A stretch of 64,000 bases of DNA from an uncultured Chloroflexia bacterium (GTDB taxonomy: Bacteria; Chloroflexota; Dormibacteria; Aeolococcales; Aeolococcaceae), in contig CAWCBS010000014.1 of NCBI GenBank assembly GCA_963793875.1, positions 21,106-85,105 of the forward strand, in the 5' to 3' direction. Made by a program: the position numbers and the translations under genes. Positions 1 to 9,571 of this stretch are shown here, piece after piece (position 1 is the first letter of the stretch; each line of letters opens with the position of its first letter). The notes below the pieces were generated by a model that had not been told where the DNA came from, did not search any database, and saw nothing but the letters and a program-made list of their open reading frames with translations.

Positions 1-447
1 GAACCGCTTGGTGAGGTGTTCGACGACCAGCGCCGCACCGTCGGCGGAGGCGAGGCCGGCGCTCGGGGCCGCCGGTGAGGCCGTCCGCGCCGGCGGGGTG
101 GTGATCGCGGCGGCGGACGGTGCGACGGCTGAGGTGGCGGACGGCGGCGCGGGCGGGCTGGCGAACGGCCCGGGGGGCGGGGTGAGGCGCCGAGCCGGCG
201 GATCGGGTGTCGGCGCCAGGTTGGGCCGGGCAACACCGCCCAGCAGGGCTCCGATGCCGACGTAGATGGCGAGCACGATCACCGCCCCCCCGATCCCGAT
301 GGCTCTCGAGCTCCTGAAGAGGATCACGAGCACGGCGGCGAGGGCGACCGCCACCACCGTGATCAGCCAGCCCTGCCAGGTGACCGGGCGGAAGCCGAAT
401 CCGATCTGGCGGCGCGTGAACCAGCGAAATCCGCCTGCCGATTGCAT
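1..447 (-). CDS. ABC transporter ATP-binding protein, N-terminal part only (continues past left edge), with a 2-TM plus Pro-rich N-terminal extension
   Basis: Not in the ORF track because there is no stop in the window. My reverse-strand translation from ATG 447-445 reads MQSAGGFRWFTRRQIGFGFRPVTWQGWLITVVAVALAAVLVILF..GAVIVLAIYVGIGALLGG..PPPGPFASPPAPP..GAALVVEHLTKRF. The frame is open to base 1 with GC-rich third positions. The last residues look like the usual start of an ABC ATPase domain. Confidence 0.5.
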   Translation of the reverse strand, partial: MQSAGGFRWFTRRQIGFGFRPVTWQGWLITVVAVALAAVLVILFRSSRAIGIGGAVIVLAIYVGIGALLGGVARPNLAPTPDPPARRLTPPPGPFASPPAPPSATSAVAPSAAAITTPPARTASPAAPSAGLASADGAALVVEHLTKRF

Positions 448-469
448 CGGACCTCTCATCTCCGTGCGG

Positions 470-1231
470 TCAGAGTCCGAGGTGGGACTGGGCCAGGATG
501 AAGAAGCCCGCCACCCGGGCCAGGTCGTCGAAGACGACCCGGCCGCTGACCTGAACCCGTTTGAAGCTGCGCTTGAAACTGAGCGGCACGTCCACGACGG
601 TGTGCTCGCCGAGCTGGGCGACCCGAGGCTCGGCGCCCCCCGGGGCGGTCTCCACGAGCACCGGCAGGCGCGCCCGCACCGAGGCGAGCAGGGCCACCGA
701 GCAGGCATCCAGCATCCGCTGGTCGAAGTGGGCGCGCAGCTCGTCCCAGCGCCGGTTGAGGAAGTGGTCCAGGAGCTCGATCGCGAGGGCCGCGGCACCG
801 GGGAGCGGTCGCACCGGGGGCTCCTCCGGGGCCCCGGGGCCGGGATGGGGCCCGCCGAATCGCTGCAGGGCCGCCTGCCGGGTAACGTGGAGGACCTGAC
901 CGATCTCCGCCCAGGTGCGCCCGTCCGCGCGAGCCCGGCCCACCAGACCCCGGAGGATGTCGTCGACCACGACCCCCAGGCTGCGGGCGGCGGCCAGCGC
1001 GACCATCGCAGGGTCTCCGGCGACCGTCTCCTCCCCCCGAAGCACTCGCACCAGCAGCTCCGCGTTGGCCTGAGCCATCCGTGCCATGACCTGGCGGTCG
1101 ACGTCCGCCGCCGTGGGGGCATCGGGCTCCTCGGCGGGGACGGGGTCGCTCGGCGGTGGGAGCGCGTCGGTCACGAGCTGCCCGCCAGACCCGGAGACCG
1201 GATCGACGACGATCTGCGCCACGTTTGTCAA
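470..1231 (-). CDS. hypothetical protein with an HTH-like segment
   Basis: 253-aa ORF with protein-like composition and the segment RTWAEIGQVLHVTRQAALQRF. Its stop is 22 bp before the next minus-strand start (447). It is divergent from the TetR gene. Confidence 0.6.
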   Translation of the reverse strand: MTNVAQIVVDPVSGSGGQLVTDALPPPSDPVPAEEPDAPTAADVDRQVMARMAQANAELLVRVLRGEETVAGDPAMVALAAARSLGVVVDDILRGLVGRARADGRTWAEIGQVLHVTRQAALQRFGGPHPGPGAPEEPPVRPLPGAAALAIELLDHFLNRRWDELRAHFDQRMLDACSVALLASVRARLPVLVETAPGGAEPRVAQLGEHTVVDVPLSFKRSFKRVQVSGRVVFDDLARVAGFFILAQSHLGL

Positions 1232-1336
1232 CGTACCTTACCCCTGGGGTCATGTCAAGGTGCCTTACCAAAGGGCGTGCGGGCCAGACATGACGTCTCA
1301 CCCCATTGACGCGATTCTCGGCGCGGGACTATTATT

Positions 1337-1353
1337 CGACCGACAGTCGGTCG
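1337..1353. promoter_or_regulatory. 17-bp palindrome CGACCGAC-A-GTCGGTCG, candidate TetR operator
   Basis: Perfect 8-bp arms flanked by AT-rich ATTATT/GTTATT. It lies in the divergent intergenic region, 18 bp before the GTG start of the TetR gene. Confidence 0.5.
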
Positions 1354-1370
1354 GTTATTGAGGCCGTCCC

Positions 1371-2093
1371 GTGGCTCGCACCGTGAATGTCGAGACCCGC
1401 GCCATCCGGCGCGAGGCCTTCGTCGACGCCGGGCTGCGCCTGATCCAGACCCGGGGCTACGAGCAGATGAGTGTCCAGGACGTGCTGGACGAGCTCGACG
1501 CCTCCCGCGGCGCCTTCTACTACTACTTCAGCTCCAAGCGAGCGCTGCTCGAGGCGGTGGTTGACCACGTGGTGGCCGCGGCGCTGGCCGCCGTCGCGCC
1601 GATCGCCGCCAACCCCCGGCTCTCCGCCGTCGCCAAGCTGGAGGGGATCTTCACCGGCATCGCCGGATGGAAGGCGGAGCGCCGGGAGCTGATGCTGGCG
1701 CTGATCCAGGTCTGGTATTCGGACGACAACGTGCTCACCCGGGACAAGCTGCGCCTTCACCTGGGCGTCTCGCTGGTGCCGATGCTCGCGGAGACCATCC
1801 GCCAGGGCACGGAGCAGGGCGTGATGTCCGCCGGCTCCCCGGAGGGCGCCGCCCGAGCTGTCGTCTCCCTCCTCCTTGGCGCCCAGGACGTGGCCATCGA
1901 GCTGTTCGTCGCGCGCCAGGCGGGCCGCGTCTCCACGGAGACCGTCGCCTCGACATTCGCCGGGTACACGGAGGCGATGGAGCGGATCCTGGGGATCCTC
2001 CCCGGCTCTCTGACCCTGCTCGACGACAACATCTTGCGGGTCTGGTTCGGCTCGGCGGCCGAGACCGGCGCGCCGATCACGATCAGGAGGTAG
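1371..2093 (+). CDS. TetR/AcrR family transcriptional regulator
   Basis: The N-terminal HTH signature (AFVDAGLRLIQTRGYEQMSVQDVLDELDASRGAFYYYFSSKRALLEAVV) is typical of TetR_N. GTG start. Confidence 0.9.
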   Translation: MARTVNVETRAIRREAFVDAGLRLIQTRGYEQMSVQDVLDELDASRGAFYYYFSSKRALLEAVVDHVVAAALAAVAPIAANPRLSAVAKLEGIFTGIAGWKAERRELMLALIQVWYSDDNVLTRDKLRLHLGVSLVPMLAETIRQGTEQGVMSAGSPEGAARAVVSLLLGAQDVAIELFVARQAGRVSTETVASTFAGYTEAMERILGILPGSLTLLDDNILRVWFGSAAETGAPITIRR

Positions 2094-2099
2094 CTGGGC

Positions 2100-3023
2100 A
2101 TGGCTGTCGCGATCCGCACTGAGGGGCTGACCAAGGACTACGGGGAGAGTCACGGCCTCTTCGACCTCGACCTCGAGGTCGAGGCAGGGGAGGTCTTCGG
2201 CTACCTCGGGCCCAACGGAGCGGGCAAGACCACCACCATCCGGCTGCTCATGGACCTGGTCCGCCCCACCCGCGGCCGGGCCGAGATCTTCGGCGTCGAC
2301 TGCCAGCTCCACCCGGTCGAGGTGAAGCGGATGGTGGGCTACCTGCCCGGTGAGATGCCCCAGTGGGGTGGCCTCCGCGGTCGCGACGTCGTGGCCTACG
2401 TCGGCGGGCTGCGCGGAGGGGTCGACCCCGCTCGGGTCACCAGCCTCGCCGAGCGCCTCGACCTCGACCTCGGCCGTCGCTACCGGCTGTACTCGTCGGG
2501 CAACAAGCGCAAGCTCGGGCTGGTGCTCGCCCTCATGCACCCGTCGCGGTTGCTGGTCCTGGACGAGCCGACCAACGGCCTCGACCCCCTGATCCAGCAG
2601 GAGTTCTACAAGCTGGTCGAGGAGGCGGCGGCCGCCGGCGGCACCATCTTCCTCTCGTCGCACGTGCTCTCCGAGGTCGAGCGCGCGTGCCAGCGGGTCG
2701 GCATCCTCCGCAAGGGCCGCCTGGTCCAGGTCGCCCGGCTCGACGAGCTCCACCACCTCCGCTATCACCGCCTGGAGGCCGACTTCAGTGGGGAGGTGCC
2801 GCTGGAGGCGGTGCGCGCCCTGGCCGGCGTGGAGGACGTGACCGTCGAGGACCACCACCTCAGCTGTTCGGTCCGGGGCGGCTTCGGGCCGCTGCTGGAG
2901 GTGCTGGGACGAGGCCCGATCCTCAATCTGGTGACCCACGAGCCCACCTTGGAGGAGGTGTTCCTCGCCTACTTCCGGGACCAGAAGGAGACGGCCGCGG
3001 CACCTGCGGGGAATGCTCGATGA
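2100..3023 (+). CDS. ABC transporter ATP-binding protein (ABC-2/DrrA-like)
   Basis: Walker A GPNGAGKTT, signature SSGNKRKL and Walker B LLVLDEPTNGLD are all present. Confidence 0.9.
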   Translation: MAVAIRTEGLTKDYGESHGLFDLDLEVEAGEVFGYLGPNGAGKTTTIRLLMDLVRPTRGRAEIFGVDCQLHPVEVKRMVGYLPGEMPQWGGLRGRDVVAYVGGLRGGVDPARVTSLAERLDLDLGRRYRLYSSGNKRKLGLVLALMHPSRLLVLDEPTNGLDPLIQQEFYKLVEEAAAAGGTIFLSSHVLSEVERACQRVGILRKGRLVQVARLDELHHLRYHRLEADFSGEVPLEAVRALAGVEDVTVEDHHLSCSVRGGFGPLLEVLGRGPILNLVTHEPTLEEVFLAYFRDQKETAAAPAGNAR

Positions 3024-4711
3024 CCGCGGTCCCGGCCGCCTCCAGCGCCCCGGCGTCCCTCGCCGGGGGCCGTTCGCGCGACGGCGTCATGACCACGGTT
3101 CGGTACGGGCTCCGCGCCCACCGCTGGGCCTTCGCGGGGGTGGCCTTCCTCGGCTTCGTCTCGCCATATTCGACCGGGGCCTCCTATCTGGCAGCCGCCG
3201 GGACGGCGGCGGCGCGGGCCAGCTTCGGACGCCAGACCGTCGCCCTCGGTCCGCAGCTCGCCTATCTCATCCCCCTGCCGCTCCGTCCCGACACCGTCGA
3301 CGGCTACCTCTGGTGGAAGGGGCTGACCTGGATGACCCTGGTGTTCGCGGCCTGGGGCCTGGCCGCGGCCACCGGACTGATCCGCAACGAGGAGGAGCGC
3401 GGCCTGCTGGAGACCTGGATGGCCTCGCCGTTGGGTCGCGGCCGGCTGGTGCTCGCCCGCGTGGCCGCCTTCACGGTGGCGGCGGTGGCCGCGGTGGTGA
3501 TCACCGGCCTGGGCACCGCCGCCGGCGCCTCGGTCGGGAAGGGATCGATCGGCTTTGCGGCTCTGGCCGAGCAGGGTCTCCCCCTGCTCGGGATCACCCT
3601 GGTCTGCTTCGGGGTCGGTCTGGTGGCCGCGCAGCTCGCCACCACCCGCCGCGGGGCCCTGGGCCTCGGCGGGGCGGTGCTGCTCGCCCTCTACGCCCTC
3701 GACGCGGTGGCCAGGGTGAACCCGGGGCTCGACGGCGTGGCGGCCATCTCGCCCTTCCACCTCACCGACCTCACGACCGCGGTCGTCCCGGGCGGCCAGT
3801 TCGCCGGCGGGGCGACCCTCGCCCTCTATCTGATCGCCGCCGCGCTGATCGGCCTCGCCACCGCGGCCTTCCGGGAGCGGGACCTGATGGCCGGCCTGCT
3901 CCGCGGGCCGGTCACCGCCAGTCGGGTGGTGCGTTCCCCCTCGGATAACCCGCTGCTGCGCCTGCCGGTGCTGCGCAACCTCTGGCAGCTGCGGATCGGG
4001 CTCACCGGCTGGGTGGTCGGAACCATGCTGGCGGCGGCCCTGATCGTCTCCCTGGCCCACGGCACCGGGAAGATGCTGGCCTCGCTCTCGGGTTTCAATC
4101 GCTACGTTCAGGACGCCGGCACCACCTCGGCGGCGACCGCCGTGGTCAGCTCCATCTGGCTCGGGATCGCGGCGCTCATCGTCGCCGCCTACGCCATCAG
4201 CCAGACCTCGCACTGGGCGGCTGACGACGCCGAGGGCAGGCTGGAGATGGAGATCGCACAACCGGTGCCGCGCTGGGCGGTGGTCGCCGAGCGCTGCGCC
4301 ACCCTCACTGCCGGTGCGCTGCTGATGACCGCGCTCGGCTCCCTGGTGACCGCAGCGGTCGCCCCGGGTCAGGGGGTGCACCTCGACACCGGCCGGCTGC
4401 TGATGGCGACCGGGCTGCTGGCGCTGCTTGCACTCACCTTCGGCGCCGTCGGCGCCTTGGTGATCGCGCGCTTGCCGCGGGTGGCGGTGCCCGTGCTCGG
4501 GGTCGTCGCCGTGATCAGCTTCTACATCCCGCTGCTGGCACCGCTCTTCCGGTGGCCGGGCTGGGTCCTCGACGTCTCCCTCTTCCACCTCTACGGCACC
4601 CCGCTCACCACCGGCATCTACTGGACCGGCCTGTGGGTGATGGTCGCGATCGTGGTGGTGGGCTTCGGCGGAGCGATGGCCGCGATGCGGGTGCGCGAGG
4701 TGGGCCGCTGA
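3020..4711 (+). CDS. ABC-2 type exporter permease, about 12 TM (antibiotic-exporter-like)
   Basis: ATG at 3020 overlaps the ATPase stop (ATGA). The protein is hydrophobic and multi-TM with two similar halves. The longer ORF 2363-4711 is only an out-of-frame overlap of the ATPase gene. Confidence 0.8.
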   Translation: MTAVPAASSAPASLAGGRSRDGVMTTVRYGLRAHRWAFAGVAFLGFVSPYSTGASYLAAAGTAAARASFGRQTVALGPQLAYLIPLPLRPDTVDGYLWWKGLTWMTLVFAAWGLAAATGLIRNEEERGLLETWMASPLGRGRLVLARVAAFTVAAVAAVVITGLGTAAGASVGKGSIGFAALAEQGLPLLGITLVCFGVGLVAAQLATTRRGALGLGGAVLLALYALDAVARVNPGLDGVAAISPFHLTDLTTAVVPGGQFAGGATLALYLIAAALIGLATAAFRERDLMAGLLRGPVTASRVVRSPSDNPLLRLPVLRNLWQLRIGLTGWVVGTMLAAALIVSLAHGTGKMLASLSGFNRYVQDAGTTSAATAVVSSIWLGIAALIVAAYAISQTSHWAADDAEGRLEMEIAQPVPRWAVVAERCATLTAGALLMTALGSLVTAAVAPGQGVHLDTGRLLMATGLLALLALTFGAVGALVIARLPRVAVPVLGVVAVISFYIPLLAPLFRWPGWVLDVSLFHLYGTPLTTGIYWTGLWVMVAIVVVGFGGAMAAMRVREVGR

Positions 4712-4759
4712 TCGAGGGCTGAGCCGGGGACCCCGTCCGGCGCGGGACCCCCGGCCTCA

Positions 4760-4788
4760 CCCTGACCCCGAGGCGGTGCGGGTCAGGG
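4760..4788 (+). terminator. GC-rich hairpin after the permease gene
   Basis: CCCTGACCC (4760-4768) pairs with GGGTCAGGG (4780-4788) across an 11-nt loop, 49 bp after the stop. There is no clear U-tract. Confidence 0.35.
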
Positions 4789-5096
4789 GTTCTCCAGGGT
4801 CATCCCCGATGGTGGAGCGCGATCGGCGTCCGTACGATCACGGCCATGACAACTCTGCGAGATGCAGCGCGTCGCCGCTGGCGCGGCGCGTCGATCGCCG
4901 GCGGCATGGCCGCAGGTCACATTGCGGTAAGGCCAACCCCCAGGGCAACTGGTGGGGTGGCCGGCTGGAGGCGCCGAACGCCCCTTCGTAGGCTTCAGAG
5001 CGTGATACAGGCCCAGCTTCGGAGCGCACCCCGCCTCAGCGCGCGGTTGCGATCCGCGGCCGGCCGGCCATCCGGGATTCAGGGGAGCTGACTGAC

Positions 5097-6293
5097 GTGG
5101 AGATCTTCCGCAACCTCTGGCGGCGCAAGGTGCGCACCTCGCTCACCGTCATCGGCATCGTCATGGGCATCTTCGCCCTCACCACCATGGGCGCCATGGC
5201 GGAGCACTTCGACACCCTCATCGGGGGCGGGATCACCTACTACGGCAACAGCATCCAGGTCGCCGACGACAAGGGGTCCAGCTTCGCCATGGGCGGCAGT
5301 CTGATGGACCTCTCCACGGCAGCCCGGATCGCCAAGGTTCCGGGGGTGGCGGCGGTGTTCCCGGAGGTCATGGTCGACGCCAAGCCCGGATCGACGGACG
5401 TGATGAGCTTCGGGATCCCCGACTACATCGCCAACTGGGACCCCGCCGAGAATCGGTACTCCGCGTTCAAGATGTCGCTCGCCCAGGGCAGCTGGGTGGA
5501 TGACGCCTCACGGGGCCAGGTGGACCTGGGCTCCTCGATGGCCAGTGAGTTCCACATGAAGGTGGGGGACAGCATCTACCTGCCGGTGCGGCCCAGCGAC
5601 GCCAAGCCCGACTTCGTCAACCACCGCTTCACCGTGGTCGGCATCATCAACCAGACCCTCACGGCTCCGGACAGCGGAGCCTACGTCAGCCTCCACGACG
5701 CTCAGATGATCCAGGGTGACAGCCTCTCCACGGCGCTGACCGGCGGTGTCGATCCCTACCAGGTCGTCTCGGGCGCCGTGGCCTACGGCAAGTCCGGGGT
5801 CAATCTCGACACCCTGGCCAACCGGATCACCGACCAGGTCCCGACGGTGAAGGCGACCAAGCCCAGCACCCTCGTCAACAGCTTCAAGGCGGGGGGTGCG
5901 GTGTTCACCTTCATGACCACCGCCGCCGCCATGCTGGCGCTGATCATCGGTGGCCTCTCGGTGGTCAACACCATGCTGATGTCGGTGAGCGAGCGGGTGC
6001 GGGAGATCGGGCTCAAAAAGGCGATCGGCGCCCGCACCCGCCACATCCTGAGCGAGTTCCTCGCCGAGGCCGCGCTGATCGGCTTGATCGGCGGCGTGGT
6101 CGGTTACCTCCTGGGCCTGGCCCTCACCACGTTGCTCAACGGCAGCAACCCGAGCGGCGGCCTGTTCCTGGTGACCCCGGGCCTCACCGCCCTGGCCATC
6201 GGCTTCGCGGTGGCGCTGGGCGCGGTGGCGGGGCTGCTGCCCGCCATCCGAGCCGCTCGCATGGACCCCGTCCGCGCACTCCGGGCCCAGTAG
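5097..6293 (+). CDS. ABC transporter permease, FtsX/MacB family
   Basis: Starts MEIFRNLWRRKVRTSLTVIGIVMGIFAL, has a large extracytoplasmic domain and a C-terminal FtsX-type 3-TM bundle (VREIGLKKAIGARTRHIL). RBS AGGGGAG precedes the GTG start. Confidence 0.85.
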   Translation: MEIFRNLWRRKVRTSLTVIGIVMGIFALTTMGAMAEHFDTLIGGGITYYGNSIQVADDKGSSFAMGGSLMDLSTAARIAKVPGVAAVFPEVMVDAKPGSTDVMSFGIPDYIANWDPAENRYSAFKMSLAQGSWVDDASRGQVDLGSSMASEFHMKVGDSIYLPVRPSDAKPDFVNHRFTVVGIINQTLTAPDSGAYVSLHDAQMIQGDSLSTALTGGVDPYQVVSGAVAYGKSGVNLDTLANRITDQVPTVKATKPSTLVNSFKAGGAVFTFMTTAAAMLALIIGGLSVVNTMLMSVSERVREIGLKKAIGARTRHILSEFLAEAALIGLIGGVVGYLLGLALTTLLNGSNPSGGLFLVTPGLTALAIGFAVALGAVAGLLPAIRAARMDPVRALRAQ

Positions 6294-6346
6294 GCGCCGG
6301 ACCTCAGATTCAACCCGAGCTCACTCAAGCACAAGTAGGAGAAGAG

Positions 6347-7087
6347 ATGCCCACGCTGCGTTTGGAAGGCCTCACCAAGCACTACGTCCGCGCCTCCCAG
6401 GTGGTCAAGGCCCTGGACGCGGTGACCCTGGAGATCGAGCAGGGCGAGTTCGCCGCCGTGGTCGGCCGCTCCGGGAGCGGCAAGACCACCATGCTCGACT
6501 GCGCGGGGCTGCTGATGCGCCCCACCGCCGGACGGGTGTTGCTCGACGGGGTGGACACCGGCCGGCTCGGGGAGCGCGAGCGGGCCGAGCTGCGCAGCCG
6601 GCGGATCGGCTTCATCTTCCAGGAGTTCAACCTGCTGCCCACCCTTTCGGCGATCGAGAACGTCCTGCTGCCGCTCCGCTACTCGGGCGCCGACCGCAGG
6701 GCGGGACGTCGCCGCGCCGAGATGCTGCTGGAGGAGATGGGCCTCGTCGAGCGGATGGGGCATCGCCCCACCGAGCTCTCGGGGGGTCAGCAGCAGCGAG
6801 TGGCGATCGCCCGCTCGCTGATCGGCGAGCCCACCCTGGTGCTCGGCGACGAGCCGATGGGGGAGGTGGACACCGAGACCGCGGAGATGCTGCTCTCCTT
6901 GATGCGGCGGATCAATCGTGAGAGCCGGGTCACCTTCCTGATCGTGACCCACGACCTGGACCTGGCCGCCCGCGCTGACCGCATCATCCACCTCCGCGAC
7001 GGCCGCCTGGACGCCGACCACCTGGTGGAGCGCGACGGAGCTCCGCGCCGGGTCGCGGCCGTTGCCGCGCTGGCGGGCGGCCGTTGA
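6347..7087 (+). CDS. ABC transporter ATP-binding protein (MacB/LolD-like)
   Basis: Walker A GRSGSGKTT, signature LSGGQQQRVAIAR and Walker B LVLGDEP are all present. Confidence 0.9.
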   Translation: MPTLRLEGLTKHYVRASQVVKALDAVTLEIEQGEFAAVVGRSGSGKTTMLDCAGLLMRPTAGRVLLDGVDTGRLGERERAELRSRRIGFIFQEFNLLPTLSAIENVLLPLRYSGADRRAGRRRAEMLLEEMGLVERMGHRPTELSGGQQQRVAIARSLIGEPTLVLGDEPMGEVDTETAEMLLSLMRRINRESRVTFLIVTHDLDLAARADRIIHLRDGRLDADHLVERDGAPRRVAAVAALAGGR

Positions 7088-7228
7088 GCGCACTCCCGGG
7101 CCCGGCCCCCGGCGACTGACTCCCGACGCGGCGGCGGGCCGCGAACACCGATCAGCTCGAGGAGCGCTGACCTCGCCGCGGTGGGCCGCCGAGCGTTCCC
7201 CCAGCATCCGGTCGGCGATCCAACCCGA

Positions 7229-7945
7229 TCAGCGGGGTTGGCCGCGCCACACCGTGCCGAGGAACTCCTGGCGCAGGTCCGGGTTGCCTTCGTAGGCACC
7301 CCGCCAGAAGGAGACCGAGGTGCTCGACTGCTGCTCGCGCACGCCGCGCATCTGGGTGCAGAGGTGGGCTGCCTCCAGGTGGACCGCGACCCCGGGCGGC
7401 TGGAGGTGCTCGACCAGCCAATCGGCGACCTCTTGGCCGATGCGCTCCTGGATCGTGAAGCGCCGCGAGAAGAGACGCACCAATCGCGTGAGCTTGGAGA
7501 GTCCGATCACGTGCTCGTGAGCGACGTAGGCGACGTGGGCGACACCCTGGAAGGCGAGCGCGTGATGCTCGCAGAGCGCGATGAAGGGAATCGGGCCCTC
7601 GATGACCTGGCTGATCTCGCAGTCGGAGCCTCCCCTGCACTCGGTGGGGAACACGGTAAGCAGCTTGGGATCGCCCTCGTAGCCGATCGTCGCGTCGAAC
7701 ATGGCCCTGACGAAGCGTCGCGGTGTATCGCGCGTCGACACTGTGTCGAGGTCCATCCCCAGGGAAGTGAAGATGAGGGCCGCCGACGCCTCCATCCGAG
7801 CCCACTGCTCGTCGGTGAGCCGGCGCGGCCGAACCCGCTCTCCTGTGGTGAGACCGTTCAGACCGCTGGGGTCCAGAGCGTGCCTGGGGTCTGGTCCGCC
7901 CGGGCCGGCGGCGGGGGACTCCGAGGGTATCTCCATGCAGATCAT
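7229..7945 (-). CDS. folE: GTP cyclohydrolase I
   Basis: Conserved core FIALCEHHALAFQGVAHVAYVAHEHVIGLSKLTRLVRLFSRRFTIQERI..HLCTQMRGV. The exact start is uncertain. Confidence 0.9.
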   Translation of the reverse strand: MICMEIPSESPAAGPGGPDPRHALDPSGLNGLTTGERVRPRRLTDEQWARMEASAALIFTSLGMDLDTVSTRDTPRRFVRAMFDATIGYEGDPKLLTVFPTECRGGSDCEISQVIEGPIPFIALCEHHALAFQGVAHVAYVAHEHVIGLSKLTRLVRLFSRRFTIQERIGQEVADWLVEHLQPPGVAVHLEAAHLCTQMRGVREQQSSTSVSFWRGAYEGNPDLRQEFLGTVWRGQPR

Positions 7946-8109
7946 CTCCCTGAGCGGTGGGCAACGCTTCCCGGCGATTACGGGGGGGCTCGCCGGCCAG
8001 CGAGGTCTGCTGGCGGCGCTCCGCTGCCCGACCCCGACGGGCCGGAGGCCACCCGGATGGGCGGCGTATCCATGGGGAGCGCCGGGTCACCTGCACCTAC
8101 AATCGCGGC

Positions 8110-8397
8110 GTGGTCCGCCCCGAACGTGCGCGCCGGCTCGCCCTCGACCTGCTCGGGACGGTCGAGCAGGACCACCACGGCCACCCCTCCTTCCGGGTGG
8201 GCGGGCACATCTTCGCCACCCTCTGGGACGACACCCATCTCAACGTGATGCTCGAGCCGCAGCGCATCGAGGCGCTCGCGCGGGAGCACCCGAGAGCGTG
8301 TGCGCCACTGCGGTGGGGCCGGCGCCTGGCCGCCCTGCAGATCGACCTCGAGCGTGCCGGGCCGGGGTGGGTCGCGATCCTGTTGGAGGAGGGATAG
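8110..8397 (+). CDS. MmcQ/YjbR-like small protein
   Basis: The segment HGHPSFRVGGHIFATLWDDTHLNVML resembles the YjbR/MmcQ fold family. The start is set at GTG 8110; the upstream part of ORF 7957 is Arg-rich and overlaps folE. Confidence 0.55.
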   Translation: MVRPERARRLALDLLGTVEQDHHGHPSFRVGGHIFATLWDDTHLNVMLEPQRIEALAREHPRACAPLRWGRRLAALQIDLERAGPGWVAILLEEG

Positions 8398-8551
8398 CGC
8401 CGCCGGCGCTCGGGCGGAGCGGACCGGTCAGGGGCCGGAGCCGCGGACGCCAGGGCTGGAGCCGAGGCTGTCGATCCCCCGGCCCGGGGCGGGGGGCGGC
8501 TCGCGGATGGCCGGCCGAGGCCCGGGGTGTGCGTCGACGCCAACCGCCAGC

Positions 8552-9571
8552 TCAGCTGTCCGGTCGGCTGGCTGTGAGCCGCGGAAGCCGCCGGTTTCCC
8601 GCGACCTTGAGAGCCGCGGTCCGCGCGGCGATCGTCACCGACTCCTCAGCTCCGGCTCCCACGAGGACCCCGAGTAGGAGGCCGGCGGTGGCGGCATCGC
8701 CGGCACCGGTCGTGACCACCGGGCCGCCGCTGGATGCCGGCTGGTACAGCACCTGGTCCGCCCACGCCGCGGCGTTCTCGGAGAGACAGCGGCCTGCCGC
8801 CGCCAGACGATCCCGGCCCGCAGTGAGGAGGTGCATGCCCCGTTCACCATCGGTCAGCAGCACCACGGCGGAGCCCATCCCCAGCAGGCGCAGGCCCAGG
8901 TCGCGGACCTCTGCGAGTGAGTGCGGTCTCGGCAGCTCCAGCGCGCTCACGACGTCGTCGACGCTCGGGGTGAGCAGATCCACCAGCGGGGCGGTGCGCC
9001 CCAGCAGGAGGCGCCAGTCGACCTCTCCCGCGGGCGACCCGGGCGTGACAACTGAGAGGTCGAGCGAGGTCGTGGCGCCCGTCTGGCGGGCCCGAGCCAG
9101 GAGGTCCTGAAGCCGGGCTCCGCCGTCCGCGTGCATCAGCGGCAGCAGCGCCGGGTAGCCGACATGCACGAGATCGACACCGTCCGGCCGCACCCGACTC
9201 CCGTCGAAGGAAGCGTTGGCCCCAACGTGGTGCCAGAAGGATCGATCCGTGCCGGGCCACTCGAAGACCAGCGAGTACGAGGTCGACATGCCCGAGACCT
9301 GGCGAATGCCGCCGCAGTCGGCGCCCGCCGGCAGGAGGGCGCGCAGCATTGTCGCTCCCAGCCCGTCGTCGCCCAGATCGGCGACCAGCAGCACATCCGC
9401 CCCGAGCTCGGCCAGGTCGGTGCCGGTGTTGGCCACCGCGCCGCCGGGCCGAACCTCGAGCGGGCCGACGTCGGCGATCGCTCCGGGAACAATCCGCTCC
9501 CCACCGTGCAGCCCTGGCCGCAGGTCGGCGCAGATGTGGCCCGCGACGATGCAGCGCCGCATTCCGGTCAA
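8552..9571 (-). CDS. PfkB-family carbohydrate kinase
   Basis: N-terminal GG motif (PGGAVANTG) and C-terminal TTGAGDA motif, both typical of the ribokinase/PfkB family. Confidence 0.85.
   Translation of the reverse strand: MTGMRRCIVAGHICADLRPGLHGGERIVPGAIADVGPLEVRPGGAVANTGTDLAELGADVLLVADLGDDGLGATMLRALLPAGADCGGIRQVSGMSTSYSLVFEWPGTDRSFWHHVGANASFDGSRVRPDGVDLVHVGYPALLPLMHADGGARLQDLLARARQTGATTSLDLSVVTPGSPAGEVDWRLLLGRTAPLVDLLTPSVDDVVSALELPRPHSLAEVRDLGLRLLGMGSAVVLLTDGERGMHLLTAGRDRLAAAGRCLSENAAAWADQVLYQPASSGGPVVTTGAGDAATAGLLLGVLVGAGAEESVTIAARTAALKVAGNRRLPRLTASRPDS

Noticed and set aside
2363-3019. N-terminal 219 codons of ORF 2363-4711.
   Set aside because: This segment overlaps the ABC ATPase gene out of frame and is Arg/Pro-rich. 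The permease begins at ATG 3020, which overlaps the ATPase stop.
4846-5091. 81-aa ORF upstream of the MacB-like genes, considered as an exported peptide precursor.
   Set aside because: It is an Arg/Ala-rich translation with mixed third-position composition, no leader-peptide features and no RBS.
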